This document shows, one piece after another, positions 33,166-42,811 of a stretch of 64,000 bases of DNA (positions within the stretch are counted from its first letter, which is position 1; every line of letters begins with the position of its first letter). The DNA is from a bacterium (GTDB lineage: Bacteria; Bacillota_I; Bacilli_A; RFN20; CAG-826): positions 28,225-92,224 of the forward strand of contig CAVEPD010000003.1 of NCBI GenBank assembly GCA_963617535.1. Reading direction: 5' to 3'. The notes under the pieces are model-generated. The model was not told the DNA's origin, searched no databases, and was given only the letters and a program-made list of their open reading frames with translations. The translations under genes and the position numbers were made by a program.

Positions 33166-35772
33166 ATGCATTATTTAAGCGGAAGAGAAATCAGACAGAG
33201 GTGGATTGATTTCTTCAAGAGCAAAGGCCACCAATTCGTCCCCGGGGTGAATCTAATCCCCCAAGGAGACAAATCCCTTCTTTGGGTCAACGCAGGGGTA
33301 ACCGGGCTTAAGAAATATTTCGACGGCTCCGAAGTTCCTCCCTGCAGAAGGATCGTGAACGTTCAGAAATCGATTCGCACCAACGACATCGAGAACGTCG
33401 GCCATACGGCCCGTCATCACACCTTCTTCGAGATGCTAGGCAATTTCTCGATCGGCGATTATTTCCGCAATGAGGTCATCCCCTGGGCTTTCGAGCTTTT
33501 GACGAACGAGGAGACCGGCTTCGGCATTCCGGTCGAAAAGCTCTACATGACCTATTCCCCTCTTGATCAGGCCACCAAAGACCTTTGGATCAAATGCGGC
33601 GTCCCTTCTGACCATCTCATCCCTCTAGAAGGCAACTTCTGGGAAATTGGCAAAGGGCCAGGCGGGCCGGACACCGAGATGTTCTTTGATAGGGGCGAGA
33701 AATATGACCCCAAGCACCTTGGAATCAAGATGCTTCAGGAAGACATGGACAACGACCGTTACATCGAGATCTGGAACATCGTCTTCAGTCAGTATAACTG
33801 CGAGCCCGGCGTCTTGCCACGCAGCCAATACAAAGAGCTCCCTTCCAAAAACATTGATACTGGCGCTGGTCTTGAGCGTTTCGCCTGTATTTTGCAGGAC
33901 TGCGAGACCAACTTCGAGACCGATCTCTTCACCCCGCTCATCGAGGCGGTCAAATCGATCTGCCACAAAGAATATGAAGGGGAGAACCTCCTTTCTTACC
34001 GCGTGATCGTCGATCACGCCCGTTCCTTGACCTTCGCCTTAAGCGACGGGGCGAGCTTCTCTAACGAAGGAAGGGGCTACGTCCTAAGAAGGCTTGTGAG
34101 ACGTGCGATGAGATACGGGCAAAAGCTAGGCATCAACGAGCCTTTCCTTTATAAGCTCGTCTCTACCGTCGATTCGAACTACGGGGATTTCTACCCTGAG
34201 CTCCTCTCCAAAGGCGAATTCGTCTCCAAGATGATCAAGTCGGAGGAAGAGAAATTCCTCAAGACCCTCTCTTCGGGGGAAGAGAAGCTCATGTCGATGA
34301 TCGAAGGCAAGAAAGAGCTCTCGGGCGAGGATTCCTTCAAGCTCTTCGATACCTATGGTTTCCCGCTTGACCTTACGATGGAGATCGCCGAGGAAAACGG
34401 GGTCAAAGTCGATGTCGAAGGCTTCTCTAAATGCATGGACGAGCAGAAGGAGAGGGCTAGAAAAGCCAGGGGGGAGATCGAATCCTTCCATAAGCAAAGC
34501 AAAGACCTCCTTTCCTTCAAGGCCCCATCGGAATTCCTTTACGATGGCTATGAAATCAAGGCCAAGGTCATCGGCGTCTTCAAAGACGGCGTGAAGGTCG
34601 ATTCGCTTGATGAAGAAGGCGAAGTTGCCTTCGACAAAACCGTCTTCTACGCCGAGTGCGGCGGGCAGGTGAGTGACAAAGGCAAGATCGAGGGGAAGGA
34701 TTTCTCCGCGAACGTCGTTAACGTCAGCAAAGCTCCGTGCGGGCAGCATCTCCATCACATCGAGATCGAGTTCGGCACGATCAAGGAAGGCGATGTCCTT
34801 ACCTTGAAGATCGATAAGAAAAAGAGGGAGCTCACCGCGAGGAACCACAGCGCGACCCACCTCCTTCACAGCGCTCTTTCCAATGTCTTAGGCACCCATG
34901 TCGACCAGAAGGGCAGCTACGTTGACGAGAATTACCTCCGCTTCGACTTCTCTAGCCTTGAGAAGCTGAGCGAGGAGCAAATCAAAGCCGTCGAGAACGA
35001 GGTCAACGAGAAGATTCTCGAAAGCATCGAGGAAGTCACCGAAGTCCTCCCTATCGAGGAGGCGAAGAAAAGAGGCGCGGAGATGGAGTTCGCCGAGAAA
35101 TACGGCGAGACCGTCCGCGTCGTCGAATTCGGCGAATATTCGAGAGAGTTCTGCGGTGGAACGCACGTGAAGAACAGCTCTGAGATCGGATTGTTCGTCT
35201 TGGAGAGCGAAAGCGCGGTCAGTAGCGGCACCCGCCGCATCCAGGGCCGCACCTCCTATGGGGCCTATGAATACCTTTCGAAGAAGAGAGCCATTCTGGC
35301 GGAGGCTAGCCGCAAATTCTCTTGCCAGGACAACGAGGTCCTTGGCAAGATCGGCTCCTTGCAGGATAGCCTAGCCTCTAGCAACAGGGAAATCTCTTCC
35401 CTCAAAGCCAAAATGGCGAGCGACTCCGCGAAGAGTCTCTCTTCTGGCTTAGAGGAGATCAACGGGGTTTCCTTCCTCGCGAAGCGTCTAGACAAGGGCG
35501 AAAGGGGAGACCTCCTCACCCTCGCCGACAATCTGAAGTCCGGCAAGAAGGATTATTATCTCTTCCTTGCCGCGAAAGGCGAAAAGGGTATCTCACTTGT
35601 CATCATGGCCGGAGGCGAAGGGGCGAAAAAGCTCGGCGCCGGCGCAGGAATGAAACTTGTAGGCCCGCTTTTGAACGGGAATGGGGGAGGCAAGCCCGAG
35701 ATGGCTAGCGGCTCCGCCAAAGATCTCTCGAAGTTCGAGGAAGCCGCCTCGCTTCTTAAGAGCAAACTATAA
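33166..35772 (+). CDS. alaS: alanine--tRNA ligase
   Basis: Start MHYLSGREIRQRWIDFFKSKGHQFVP with GGAGG SD. Editing-domain HSATHLLH motif and C-terminal DHHA1 region. The ORF-track start at 33076 lies inside the leader. Confidence 0.95.
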   Translation: MHYLSGREIRQRWIDFFKSKGHQFVPGVNLIPQGDKSLLWVNAGVTGLKKYFDGSEVPPCRRIVNVQKSIRTNDIENVGHTARHHTFFEMLGNFSIGDYFRNEVIPWAFELLTNEETGFGIPVEKLYMTYSPLDQATKDLWIKCGVPSDHLIPLEGNFWEIGKGPGGPDTEMFFDRGEKYDPKHLGIKMLQEDMDNDRYIEIWNIVFSQYNCEPGVLPRSQYKELPSKNIDTGAGLERFACILQDCETNFETDLFTPLIEAVKSICHKEYEGENLLSYRVIVDHARSLTFALSDGASFSNEGRGYVLRRLVRRAMRYGQKLGINEPFLYKLVSTVDSNYGDFYPELLSKGEFVSKMIKSEEEKFLKTLSSGEEKLMSMIEGKKELSGEDSFKLFDTYGFPLDLTMEIAEENGVKVDVEGFSKCMDEQKERARKARGEIESFHKQSKDLLSFKAPSEFLYDGYEIKAKVIGVFKDGVKVDSLDEEGEVAFDKTVFYAECGGQVSDKGKIEGKDFSANVVNVSKAPCGQHLHHIEIEFGTIKEGDVLTLKIDKKKRELTARNHSATHLLHSALSNVLGTHVDQKGSYVDENYLRFDFSSLEKLSEEQIKAVENEVNEKILESIEEVTEVLPIEEAKKRGAEMEFAEKYGETVRVVEFGEYSREFCGGTHVKNSSEIGLFVLESESAVSSGTRRIQGRTSYGAYEYLSKKRAILAEASRKFSCQDNEVLGKIGSLQDSLASSNREISSLKAKMASDSAKSLSSGLEEINGVSFLAKRLDKGERGDLLTLADNLKSGKKDYYLFLAAKGEKGISLVIMAGGEGAKKLGAGAGMKLVGPLLNGNGGGKPEMASGSAKDLSKFEEAASLLKSKL

Positions 35773-35786
35773 AAAAGGAGAACGAC

Positions 35787-36053
35787 ATGATTGAAATCAA
35801 AGACGACGAGATCCTGCTCACGAAGGAAGATGGGAGCGAAGAGGTCGCGAAGATCCTCTTCTATTTCCATAACGACCAAAGGGGGAAGGACTACTATTTC
35901 CTTTACAAGGAGACCAACCCCGAGGAGGTCATCGTGATGTCCAGCGTCGACGGCACGAGCCTCGACGAGGTGGACGATGAGGAGTTCGACGAGGCCGAGC
36001 AAGTCTTCGAGGCCTATCAGGAAGACCCCAAAATCGCCGAGGCCAGGAAGTGA
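35787..36053 (+). CDS. DUF1292 (UPF0473) family protein
   Basis: 88 aa, acidic, with IEIKDDEILLTKEDGSEEVAKILFYF...YYFLY pattern. Its position downstream of alaS is typical in Bacillota. Confidence 0.75.
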   Translation: MIEIKDDEILLTKEDGSEEVAKILFYFHNDQRGKDYYFLYKETNPEEVIVMSSVDGTSLDEVDDEEFDEAEQVFEAYQEDPKIAEARK

Positions 36054-36115
36054 TTCCTTGCCCCTAGAAAAAGAGAAGGGTACAATTTAACCCGCATTAG
36101 CAAAGGAGAAATACC

Positions 36116-36604
36116 ATGGCAATCAAAAAACAGGTTCTTACCCAAGAAGAATACGATAAGCTTCAGAAAGAATACCGCCACATCATTGACGTTGAGCAGC
36201 CCAAAGTTACCGCTGACCTCGAACTCGCTCGCTCCCAAGGCGACCTTTCCGAAAACGCCGAATATAGCGCGTCCAGAGATCACCAGGCCCAACTCGCGAG
36301 TCGCATCGCTGAACTCGAGGCCATCTTCAACAACCACGAGATCGTCAAGAAAGACAAGAACGCCAATTCCCCGATCAGCATCAGCAATATCGTGAAGTTC
36401 GCGATCCTCCCTGATGGCGACACCTTGACCATCAAGATCGCCGGCTCCACCGGTGCCGACCCGATGGCGAAAATCCCGACCATCTCGTTTGAATCCCCGC
36501 TTGGGAAAGCGATGATTGGCAAACTAGCCGGCGATGAGGCCCGCGTCGAAGTCGACGAACCCTATTCGATCCGCATCCTCGAGAAAATCATCGAGAAAGC
36601 CTAA
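36116..36604 (+). CDS. greA: transcription elongation factor GreA
   Basis: LTQEEYDKLQKE...ARSQGDLSENAEYSASRDHQ is the GreA N-terminal coiled-coil signature. 162 aa. AAAGGAG SD. Confidence 0.92.
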   Translation: MAIKKQVLTQEEYDKLQKEYRHIIDVEQPKVTADLELARSQGDLSENAEYSASRDHQAQLASRIAELEAIFNNHEIVKKDKNANSPISISNIVKFAILPDGDTLTIKIAGSTGADPMAKIPTISFESPLGKAMIGKLAGDEARVEVDEPYSIRILEKIIEKA

Positions 36605-36622
36605 GGAAAGAGCCAAAAAAAG

Positions 36623-36652
36623 AAAGTCCCGCAAAAAAATGCGGGCTTTTTT
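36623..36652 (+). terminator. rho-independent terminator after greA
   Basis: AAAGTCCCGC-AAAAAAAT-GCGGGCTTTTTT. Confidence 0.85.
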
Positions 36653-36699
36653 CGTAATAAAGGCATTTTCTTCTTTATATATAGGGTGGAGGTGCTTTT

Positions 36700-37236
36700 A
36701 TGAAAACAATAGCCATCATCATCGCCCTGACGATCGTTGGAATCGTCGCCTTCTCCCTTGCGGGAAGCTTCATCACCAACACCACGACCACGACCGATAC
36801 AAGCTTATCGAGCGCGAACACCATCACGGTGACGATCTCTGGCGCAGTCACGCGCCCCGGGACCTTTGTCCTTGACAACGGGACCGTCCTCCAAGACCTC
36901 ATCGCCGCCTCGGATGGGGCCACGAGCAACGCGGACACCCTTGCCTATAATGTCGACTACGTTCTGAAAAACAAGGGCAGCTACTACATCGCTCCGCTTT
37001 ATGACAACTCCAACACCTGCGCGACCACGCCCATCACCAAGGTCAACATCAACTCGGGGAGCGAGACGGATCTCGTCGATATCGGGGGATTCGGCAAAGC
37101 GGCCGCGCAGAGCATCGTGAATTACCGCGCTAGCCATACCTTCCAGGCGATTGAGGAAATCAAGGACGTCTCAGGAATTGGCGACGCGACCTTCCGCGCG
37201 GTCAGAGATCGCATCAGGCTTCGCGACGCTTCCTGA
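36700..37236 (+). CDS. comEA: competence protein ComEA (DNA receptor; SLBB + helix-hairpin-helix)
   Basis: N-terminal TM segment, ITVTISGAVTRPGTFVL (SLBB), and VNINSGSETDLVDIGGFGKAAAQSIVNYR...IKDVSGIGDATF (HhH). Confidence 0.88.
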   Translation: MKTIAIIIALTIVGIVAFSLAGSFITNTTTTTDTSLSSANTITVTISGAVTRPGTFVLDNGTVLQDLIAASDGATSNADTLAYNVDYVLKNKGSYYIAPLYDNSNTCATTPITKVNINSGSETDLVDIGGFGKAAAQSIVNYRASHTFQAIEEIKDVSGIGDATFRAVRDRIRLRDAS

Positions 37237-39269
37237 TGAGCCTGCTCTTCGCTTTCCTCGGGCTTTTCCTAGGTTTGTGGTATGGCTTTGGGGATAGCGT
37301 CTTCTTCTATGTCTTCCTGACCTTTCTGACTTTAGGTGTCTTCCTTTTCTCTTTGGTCAAGAAAAGATGGAAGTTCTTCTTGCCTTCTCTTGCCGTGGGG
37401 ATAGTCATTTCGATAATTCCTGAGGCCTCGTCTAGCTTTTCTGGCGAGAAGACATTGCTTGTTTTCAAAGCAGGGGACAATTATTTCTTGGCCAGGGACT
37501 TCTTTCACCGTTATTACGTCTCTTATTCGAATCATCCTTATGAAGTGGGGGATATCATCAAGGCGGCGGGAACGGTGAAAGAGCTTAGGCTCACGAGCTA
37601 CGAATCTCGTTTCGACTTCGGGCGTTATCTCAATTCCTGGGGCGTCTACAACGAATTCTCCTTGAAGCGAAGCTCAACGAGCTACGTGCTTTATTTCCCT
37701 TTGAGGATTAGGACTTATACGAATTGGTGCCTCCGGGATTACGATTCGAACAGCAAGGCGTTGATCCTTGCCTGCCTTTTTAATCGGAAGGACTATTCGA
37801 ATTCGCTTCTAAACAAGGCGACTTCTTTGAATTTGGTCTATCTCCTTTCTTCTTCTGGCATCGTCGCGGGGATCATTCTAAGGAACCTTGAAAAAGTGCT
37901 TGCCTGGAAGATGAAAGAAGAGTCCGCAAGATGGATAACGTTATTTGTTTCGTTGTTTTTGCTTTTATTATCGCCTTATAAAATCGGCTTGTACCGCTTA
38001 TTTTTCTCTAGGTTATTCACTTTGCTTAATACTAAGCATAAGTGGGGCATCAAGCCTTATATCCGCTCCTCAATCATCGGGATCGCTTTCTTGCTTTTTA
38101 ACCATCACCTGGCTTACCAAAGCGGTTTTGCCTTAGGCTTCGGCGCGAGCTTCCTTGCTTATTTCTCCTCGACGATCGTCGAGAGGGTTAACATCAAGTA
38201 TCGTTTCTTGCCTCGCTTTGCTTTGTTCCATCTTTTTCTTTTCCCCGTGGAGATCGAGGGCAGTGGTGGCTTCCATTTTCTCTCCGCTCTTTTCTCTTAT
38301 TTGCTTCTCCCGTTTGCTTTGTTTTATGACGTTGTGGGGACGCTTTCTCTTCTTTGCATCCCCCTGCAAGGGATCGCCTCGCCCATCGCTTCTCTTCTAG
38401 AAGGCTTGCTTAACATCTTAATGAAGCTCGACCTCGTCCTTCCCTTGACTGAACTCCCGAATTGGTTCCCTCTCCTTTATTATGGATTGTTCTTCTTGGC
38501 TCTTTTCTTTTTGGAGATGGGGGACCGAGCCAAAACAAAGCTCATCAGCATCGCTCTTTTCGGGGGGATCGCCCTTTCTTATATCCCTGTGAGGAACCTC
38601 TTGACCCAAGAGGTCTATTTCGTGAACGTCGGCCAGGGGGATTGCATCATCATTCGGGATGGCTTGAATGCGACGATGCTAGATACCGGGGGAGTAACCT
38701 CCTTCGATGTGGCGGAAGAAGTCCTGATCCCCTTCCTGAGGAAAGAGAGAATCTATAAGATCGACTGCTTGATCGCCTCCCATAATGACTTCGACCACAT
38801 CGGGGCAAAAGACTCTCTTTTGAGCAATTACAAGGTGCTTGATTTTAAAGAAGGAGCCAATTCCTTTCCCTTAAGCGTCGGAAAACTGACATTTGAAAAT
38901 CTGAATATCTACGAGTGGGACGAAGAAAACGACTCCTCCCTCGTCTTGAAACTGAACTTCATGGGAAAAAGGTGGATCTTCGCGGGAGACGCGAGCGTCG
39001 AGACCGAGAAAAGAATCCTCGAGGACAACCCTGACCTTACCTGCGACGTTCTGAAAGTGGGGCATCATGGCTCAGACACCTCGACGAGCGAAGAATGGCT
39101 CGACGTCCTGAAACCTAGCGAAGCCATCATCAGCTGCGGGGCCAAAAACAAATACGGTCATCCTCATGAGGATGTCATTAGCCGTCTTGAAGGCCGAAAC
39201 ATCACCATCCGAAGAACAGACCTCGAAGGGACGATTCGCTATGCTAGATTCTCCTTCCCCTCGGTATAA
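37236..39269 (+). CDS. comEC: DNA internalization competence protein ComEC/Rec2
   Basis: Polytopic membrane domain plus C-terminal MBL domain (VNVGQGDCIII, SHNDFDHIG, KVGHHGS). TGATG overlap with comEA. Confidence 0.88.
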   Translation: MSLLFAFLGLFLGLWYGFGDSVFFYVFLTFLTLGVFLFSLVKKRWKFFLPSLAVGIVISIIPEASSSFSGEKTLLVFKAGDNYFLARDFFHRYYVSYSNHPYEVGDIIKAAGTVKELRLTSYESRFDFGRYLNSWGVYNEFSLKRSSTSYVLYFPLRIRTYTNWCLRDYDSNSKALILACLFNRKDYSNSLLNKATSLNLVYLLSSSGIVAGIILRNLEKVLAWKMKEESARWITLFVSLFLLLLSPYKIGLYRLFFSRLFTLLNTKHKWGIKPYIRSSIIGIAFLLFNHHLAYQSGFALGFGASFLAYFSSTIVERVNIKYRFLPRFALFHLFLFPVEIEGSGGFHFLSALFSYLLLPFALFYDVVGTLSLLCIPLQGIASPIASLLEGLLNILMKLDLVLPLTELPNWFPLLYYGLFFLALFFLEMGDRAKTKLISIALFGGIALSYIPVRNLLTQEVYFVNVGQGDCIIIRDGLNATMLDTGGVTSFDVAEEVLIPFLRKERIYKIDCLIASHNDFDHIGAKDSLLSNYKVLDFKEGANSFPLSVGKLTFENLNIYEWDEENDSSLVLKLNFMGKRWIFAGDASVETEKRILEDNPDLTCDVLKVGHHGSDTSTSEEWLDVLKPSEAIISCGAKNKYGHPHEDVISRLEGRNITIRRTDLEGTIRYARFSFPSV

Positions 39270-39276
39270 TTAAAGG

Positions 39277-40239
39277 GTGATTAAACTCTACCTCAGCGCC
39301 CAAGCCCGCCTTGCCTTAGACATGGCCAAGCGCTTCCTTAACAAAAATTACCCCGAAAGGGATGAGACGAACTTCGCTTCCTTCAATATGGCGGTCACCA
39401 CGGTCAAAGAACTCGCCGAGGAATGCGAATCCCTGTCTTTGTTCGCGGAGAGGAAAGCGATCCTCGCTTTGGATTGCTTTTTCCTTGGCAAAGGGAAATA
39501 CAAGCTGCTTGCCGAGGATTCTTTGGATCCCTTGCTCCGTTATCTTCAAAACCCGAACCCGAACGTCGACCTCATATTGCTCGTTTATGGCGAACTTGAC
39601 CCAAAAAGCGAGCTCGTGAAGGCCATCAAGGAGAACGGAGAGGTCAAGGAGATCAAAGACCCGAGCGACGAGGAGCTTATCCTCAACGCCAAGCAGCGTC
39701 TTGCGAAAGCCGGCGGAGAATTCCTGCCCGGGGCCGCGGAGGAGCTTATTTCCCGCATTGGGGGCGATTACGCCCGCTATTGCAACGAATTCGAGAAAAT
39801 CCTGATATACGCGAATGGGGGAAAGATCTCGAAAGAAGAAGTGAAGGCTTTGGTGGCGCCGAAACTTGAGGATGACACCTTCGCGATGAGCAATGCCCTT
39901 CTTAAAGGGAACGTGGCCCTTGCCTTTTCGATTTACCATGACCTCAAAGTCGTAAAGACCGAGGAAGTGATGCTTCTTTCGATGTTAGCTAAGTCCTTCC
40001 AATTCATGGAAGAGGTCTCTTATCTGTCAAATCAAGGCCTTTCTAGCTCCGGCATCGCAAGCCAGCTCAAAGCCAATCCCTACCGGGTGAAGATCACCCT
40101 GAACAACCTTTATAGCGTCGATGAGAGGAAACTGCCCCTCATCTTGGAACAAATCTATCAAACCTCCTTGTCGATTCTTAGCGGCAAAGAGGAAAGCCAA
40201 TTCGCCTTCGAGAGGTTCCTCGCGAACTACTCAATATAG
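39277..40239 (+). CDS. holA: DNA polymerase III delta subunit
   Basis: 320 aa. comEC-holA-rpsT synteny as in Bacillus. The LLVYGELD segment is delta-subunit-like. GTG start is uncertain. Confidence 0.75.
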   Translation: MIKLYLSAQARLALDMAKRFLNKNYPERDETNFASFNMAVTTVKELAEECESLSLFAERKAILALDCFFLGKGKYKLLAEDSLDPLLRYLQNPNPNVDLILLVYGELDPKSELVKAIKENGEVKEIKDPSDEELILNAKQRLAKAGGEFLPGAAEELISRIGGDYARYCNEFEKILIYANGGKISKEEVKALVAPKLEDDTFAMSNALLKGNVALAFSIYHDLKVVKTEEVMLLSMLAKSFQFMEEVSYLSNQGLSSSGIASQLKANPYRVKITLNNLYSVDERKLPLILEQIYQTSLSILSGKEESQFAFERFLANYSI

Positions 40240-40260
40240 AAAAAAGCCCCGTTAGGGGCT
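40239..40260 (-). terminator. rho-independent terminator of rpsT (may also stop holA read-through)
   Basis: On the minus strand: AGCCCC-TAAC-GGGGCT followed by TTTTTT. Confidence 0.8.
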
Positions 40261-40282
40261 AAATACCAAGAAAGGTTGCCGC

Positions 40283-40546
40283 TTATTTGATGGCGGCGAC
40301 GATTTTTTCGAGGTGCGCTTTCTTGTGGGAAGCGGTGTTGACGGCGATGATGCCTTTGTGGGCAAGCTTGTCGATCAAGGAGATGGCGTTAGCAAGAGCG
40401 GCGACAGCCTCGTCTTTCTTGCCTTCGGCAGCAAGGGTCTCGACCTTCTTGATGGCGGTCTTGCACTCGGATTTCGCGGAATTATTCGCGAGGTTGGCGG
40501 CTTTGTTGGTCTCGTCGCGTTTGATTTGGGACTTAATGTTTGGCAT
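40283..40546 (-). CDS. rpsT: 30S ribosomal protein S20
   Basis: Start MPNIKSQIKRDETNKAANLANNS, 87 aa, typical S20. Confidence 0.93.
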   Translation of the reverse strand: MPNIKSQIKRDETNKAANLANNSAKSECKTAIKKVETLAAEGKKDEAVAALANAISLIDKLAHKGIIAVNTASHKKAHLEKIVAAIK

Positions 40547-40607
40547 TGTTAGTTTCTTCCTTTGTTTAAGCGGGTTCTATCTTAGCCTTAAGGCTAACAC
40601 AAAACAA

Positions 40608-42740
40608 CTATTTTTCCTTTGATTTTCCTGTTTTTGAGGGACGTTTCTTCGCTTTTTTGCCCTTAGAGGCGCCTCCTAGCTCTTCTAGACGGCCATTTTG
40701 GGACAATAGATCCAGAATTTCCTTGGCGAAGGCGTTCGGCGTGCCGATCACCCCGTAGAGCTCTTGGGGGATCTCCACGTTGAATTCCTGGTTCAATTTG
40801 CTCACCATGTCGATGTAGCTCATCGAGTCGCCGCCTAGATCGCTCGTCCAGATGCTGTTCGCCCCGATTTTGATTTCGGGAAGGAGCAAGACCATGGCGA
40901 AGACCTTGATGACGCGATTTAGGACCGCGGAAACGTCCTCATCCTCATATCCTTCGAAGCTCACGACGATTTTTTTGCTCTGATCGTTGTCTAGGAAGTC
41001 CTCGGAACCGGCCTCGATGGCTTTCTTAAGCTCGAAGCGTTTGACTTTCATCGAGCCAGAAAGGGGTAGGGGGCGCTTGTCGATGAGGACCTTCTGGACC
41101 TTCTTCTCACTAGGCAAGGTGGCGTTGATGGACTTGATGTCGCTGTAGATCTTATCGATCCCCGCCTGATCGATCGTGTTTTCGATCTCACAGACCAAGA
41201 CGATTTTTTCTTCGTCCTCGCCTGGGATTTTCGCCCCAAGGCAAACCGCGTTCGTGAGATGCTTCACGTCTTTGAAATAGTATTCGATCTCGTCGGGGAA
41301 GACGTTCTCGCCGTTAGCCAAGATTATCGTGTCCTTGATTCGACCTTTGAGGAAGTAATTGCCAGCGCTATCGACGCAGGCGATGTCGCCGGTGGGGAAG
41401 TAGCCATCTTCGGTGGAAGTGGGCTTCGTGACGCCACCGATGATTTCTTTCGCGTGGGTGATCGGGGATTTCACGTAAAGCTGGCCCGAGACCATGCCGT
41501 TAGCGTCCACGGTCTTGCCTTCTTCGCCGATCTTGTACTCGACGCCGTGGAACGGCTTCCCGATGGAGGATTTCAGCCTTTGCTCGACGCGGGGCGACAT
41601 CTCTACGGAAGTGACCCCGACTTCAGTCATTCCAAAGCCATCATAGAGGGGATAGCCCAAACCGTTGATGATGGCGCTCGTCTTCGGGGAGAGGAAGCCT
41701 CCGCCTGAGATCGCGAAGCGGATATGCGTGCCGAGCACTTTCTTTTGGAAAACGTGCAGGATGAACTTTTTGGAGGCGAATCCCGCTTCCTTCTTGGAGA
41801 TCTTATTGTCGTTATAGGCGACTAGGCGCGAGAAAAGATCGGCTTTCTGACCGCCTTGCATGATGGCTTGGCGCGTCACGCTTTGGGCGACGCCATCCCA
41901 AAACAGGGGAACGCTGAATAAATGGGTCACCTTGCCTTTTTTGGCTGCATAAAGCAAATCGGAGGTGGAACTAGAAGAGGGATAGACGATGGTTTTCCCA
42001 TAGAAACTGTACCAAAGGAAAACCGCGACGAAACCGAAAATGTGGTGGAAGGGAAGCATCGCAAGGATGCGTATCTCCCCAGGATACATTAGGTCTAGCG
42101 TGTTCTCTGGGATCGAAAGCGAGGCCAAGATTTGCGCGCAGAGGTTCTTGCCGGAATAGATCATCATCTTCGCGTCCCCGGTCGTGCCCGAGGAGCAGAA
42201 GATCACGTGGTTCGCCCAGTCGGGGGAGAAAGAGTAATCGCTAGGGAGATTGAAGATCTCGTTGGAACGGTAATGGGGGACGACGTATTCGTCCTCGACG
42301 TTCGTGATGATGGCCGCGGCCTTCGCCTGGGAGAGGAGGTTATCCGTATTGGGCTTAGCTAGACGCGCGTCCAATAGCAAAGGCTGATGCCCGGTCATCA
42401 GAATCGCCCAAAAGAAAACGCCCCAGGACCGAGAGTTTTTCAACTTTAGCGCGATGACGGCGCCATGCGGGATATTCGAGAGCACCTTCGAGAGTTTCGA
42501 AGCCGTTTTGAAGACGCGGTTGCGGAAATCGTCATAGGTGCATTTCTTGGGTTTTCCGACCTCGTCGAAATAGATATAGGCCGTCTTTTTGGCGTGGCGG
42601 TTCATGGTCATCTCGTAGATGTCCTGCATCGTCATCGTCGTGCTTTCTAAGGCTCTCGTCTGCTCGATGAAGGCTTTGACCGAAGGGTATTTGTCTTTCT
42701 TCATGGGCACGATTTTACTCCGCTTCGCCTTTCTTTGCAC
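40608..42740 (-). CDS. AMP-dependent (adenylate-forming) ligase fused to a phosphopantetheine-binding carrier domain, with a Lys-rich C-terminal tail
   Basis: SSGTTGDAKMM (AMP-binding core), GFGMTE, TGDIACVDSAGNYFLKGRIKD and a C-terminal LGGDSMSYIDMV (carrier Ser motif). Start is GTG 42740 or ATG 42704. Confidence 0.8.
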   Translation of the reverse strand: MQRKAKRSKIVPMKKDKYPSVKAFIEQTRALESTTMTMQDIYEMTMNRHAKKTAYIYFDEVGKPKKCTYDDFRNRVFKTASKLSKVLSNIPHGAVIALKLKNSRSWGVFFWAILMTGHQPLLLDARLAKPNTDNLLSQAKAAAIITNVEDEYVVPHYRSNEIFNLPSDYSFSPDWANHVIFCSSGTTGDAKMMIYSGKNLCAQILASLSIPENTLDLMYPGEIRILAMLPFHHIFGFVAVFLWYSFYGKTIVYPSSSSTSDLLYAAKKGKVTHLFSVPLFWDGVAQSVTRQAIMQGGQKADLFSRLVAYNDNKISKKEAGFASKKFILHVFQKKVLGTHIRFAISGGGFLSPKTSAIINGLGYPLYDGFGMTEVGVTSVEMSPRVEQRLKSSIGKPFHGVEYKIGEEGKTVDANGMVSGQLYVKSPITHAKEIIGGVTKPTSTEDGYFPTGDIACVDSAGNYFLKGRIKDTIILANGENVFPDEIEYYFKDVKHLTNAVCLGAKIPGEDEEKIVLVCEIENTIDQAGIDKIYSDIKSINATLPSEKKVQKVLIDKRPLPLSGSMKVKRFELKKAIEAGSEDFLDNDQSKKIVVSFEGYEDEDVSAVLNRVIKVFAMVLLLPEIKIGANSIWTSDLGGDSMSYIDMVSKLNQEFNVEIPQELYGVIGTPNAFAKEILDLLSQNGRLEELGGASKGKKAKKRPSKTGKSKEK

Positions 42741-42811
42741 CCACTTGCTTCCTTCCCCCTACGGGGAGAGGGCAAAAGGTGTAAAATCCTCCTTACCGAG
42801 GAGGAAGCGAC

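Noticed and set aside
42788-42803. CCTCC-TTACC-GAGGAGG hairpin that would sequester the fmt Shine-Dalgarno
   Set aside because: The best -10 candidate (TAAAAT, 42782-87) would place the TSS inside or after the 5' arm. The anti-SD strand is then probably not part of the transcript.
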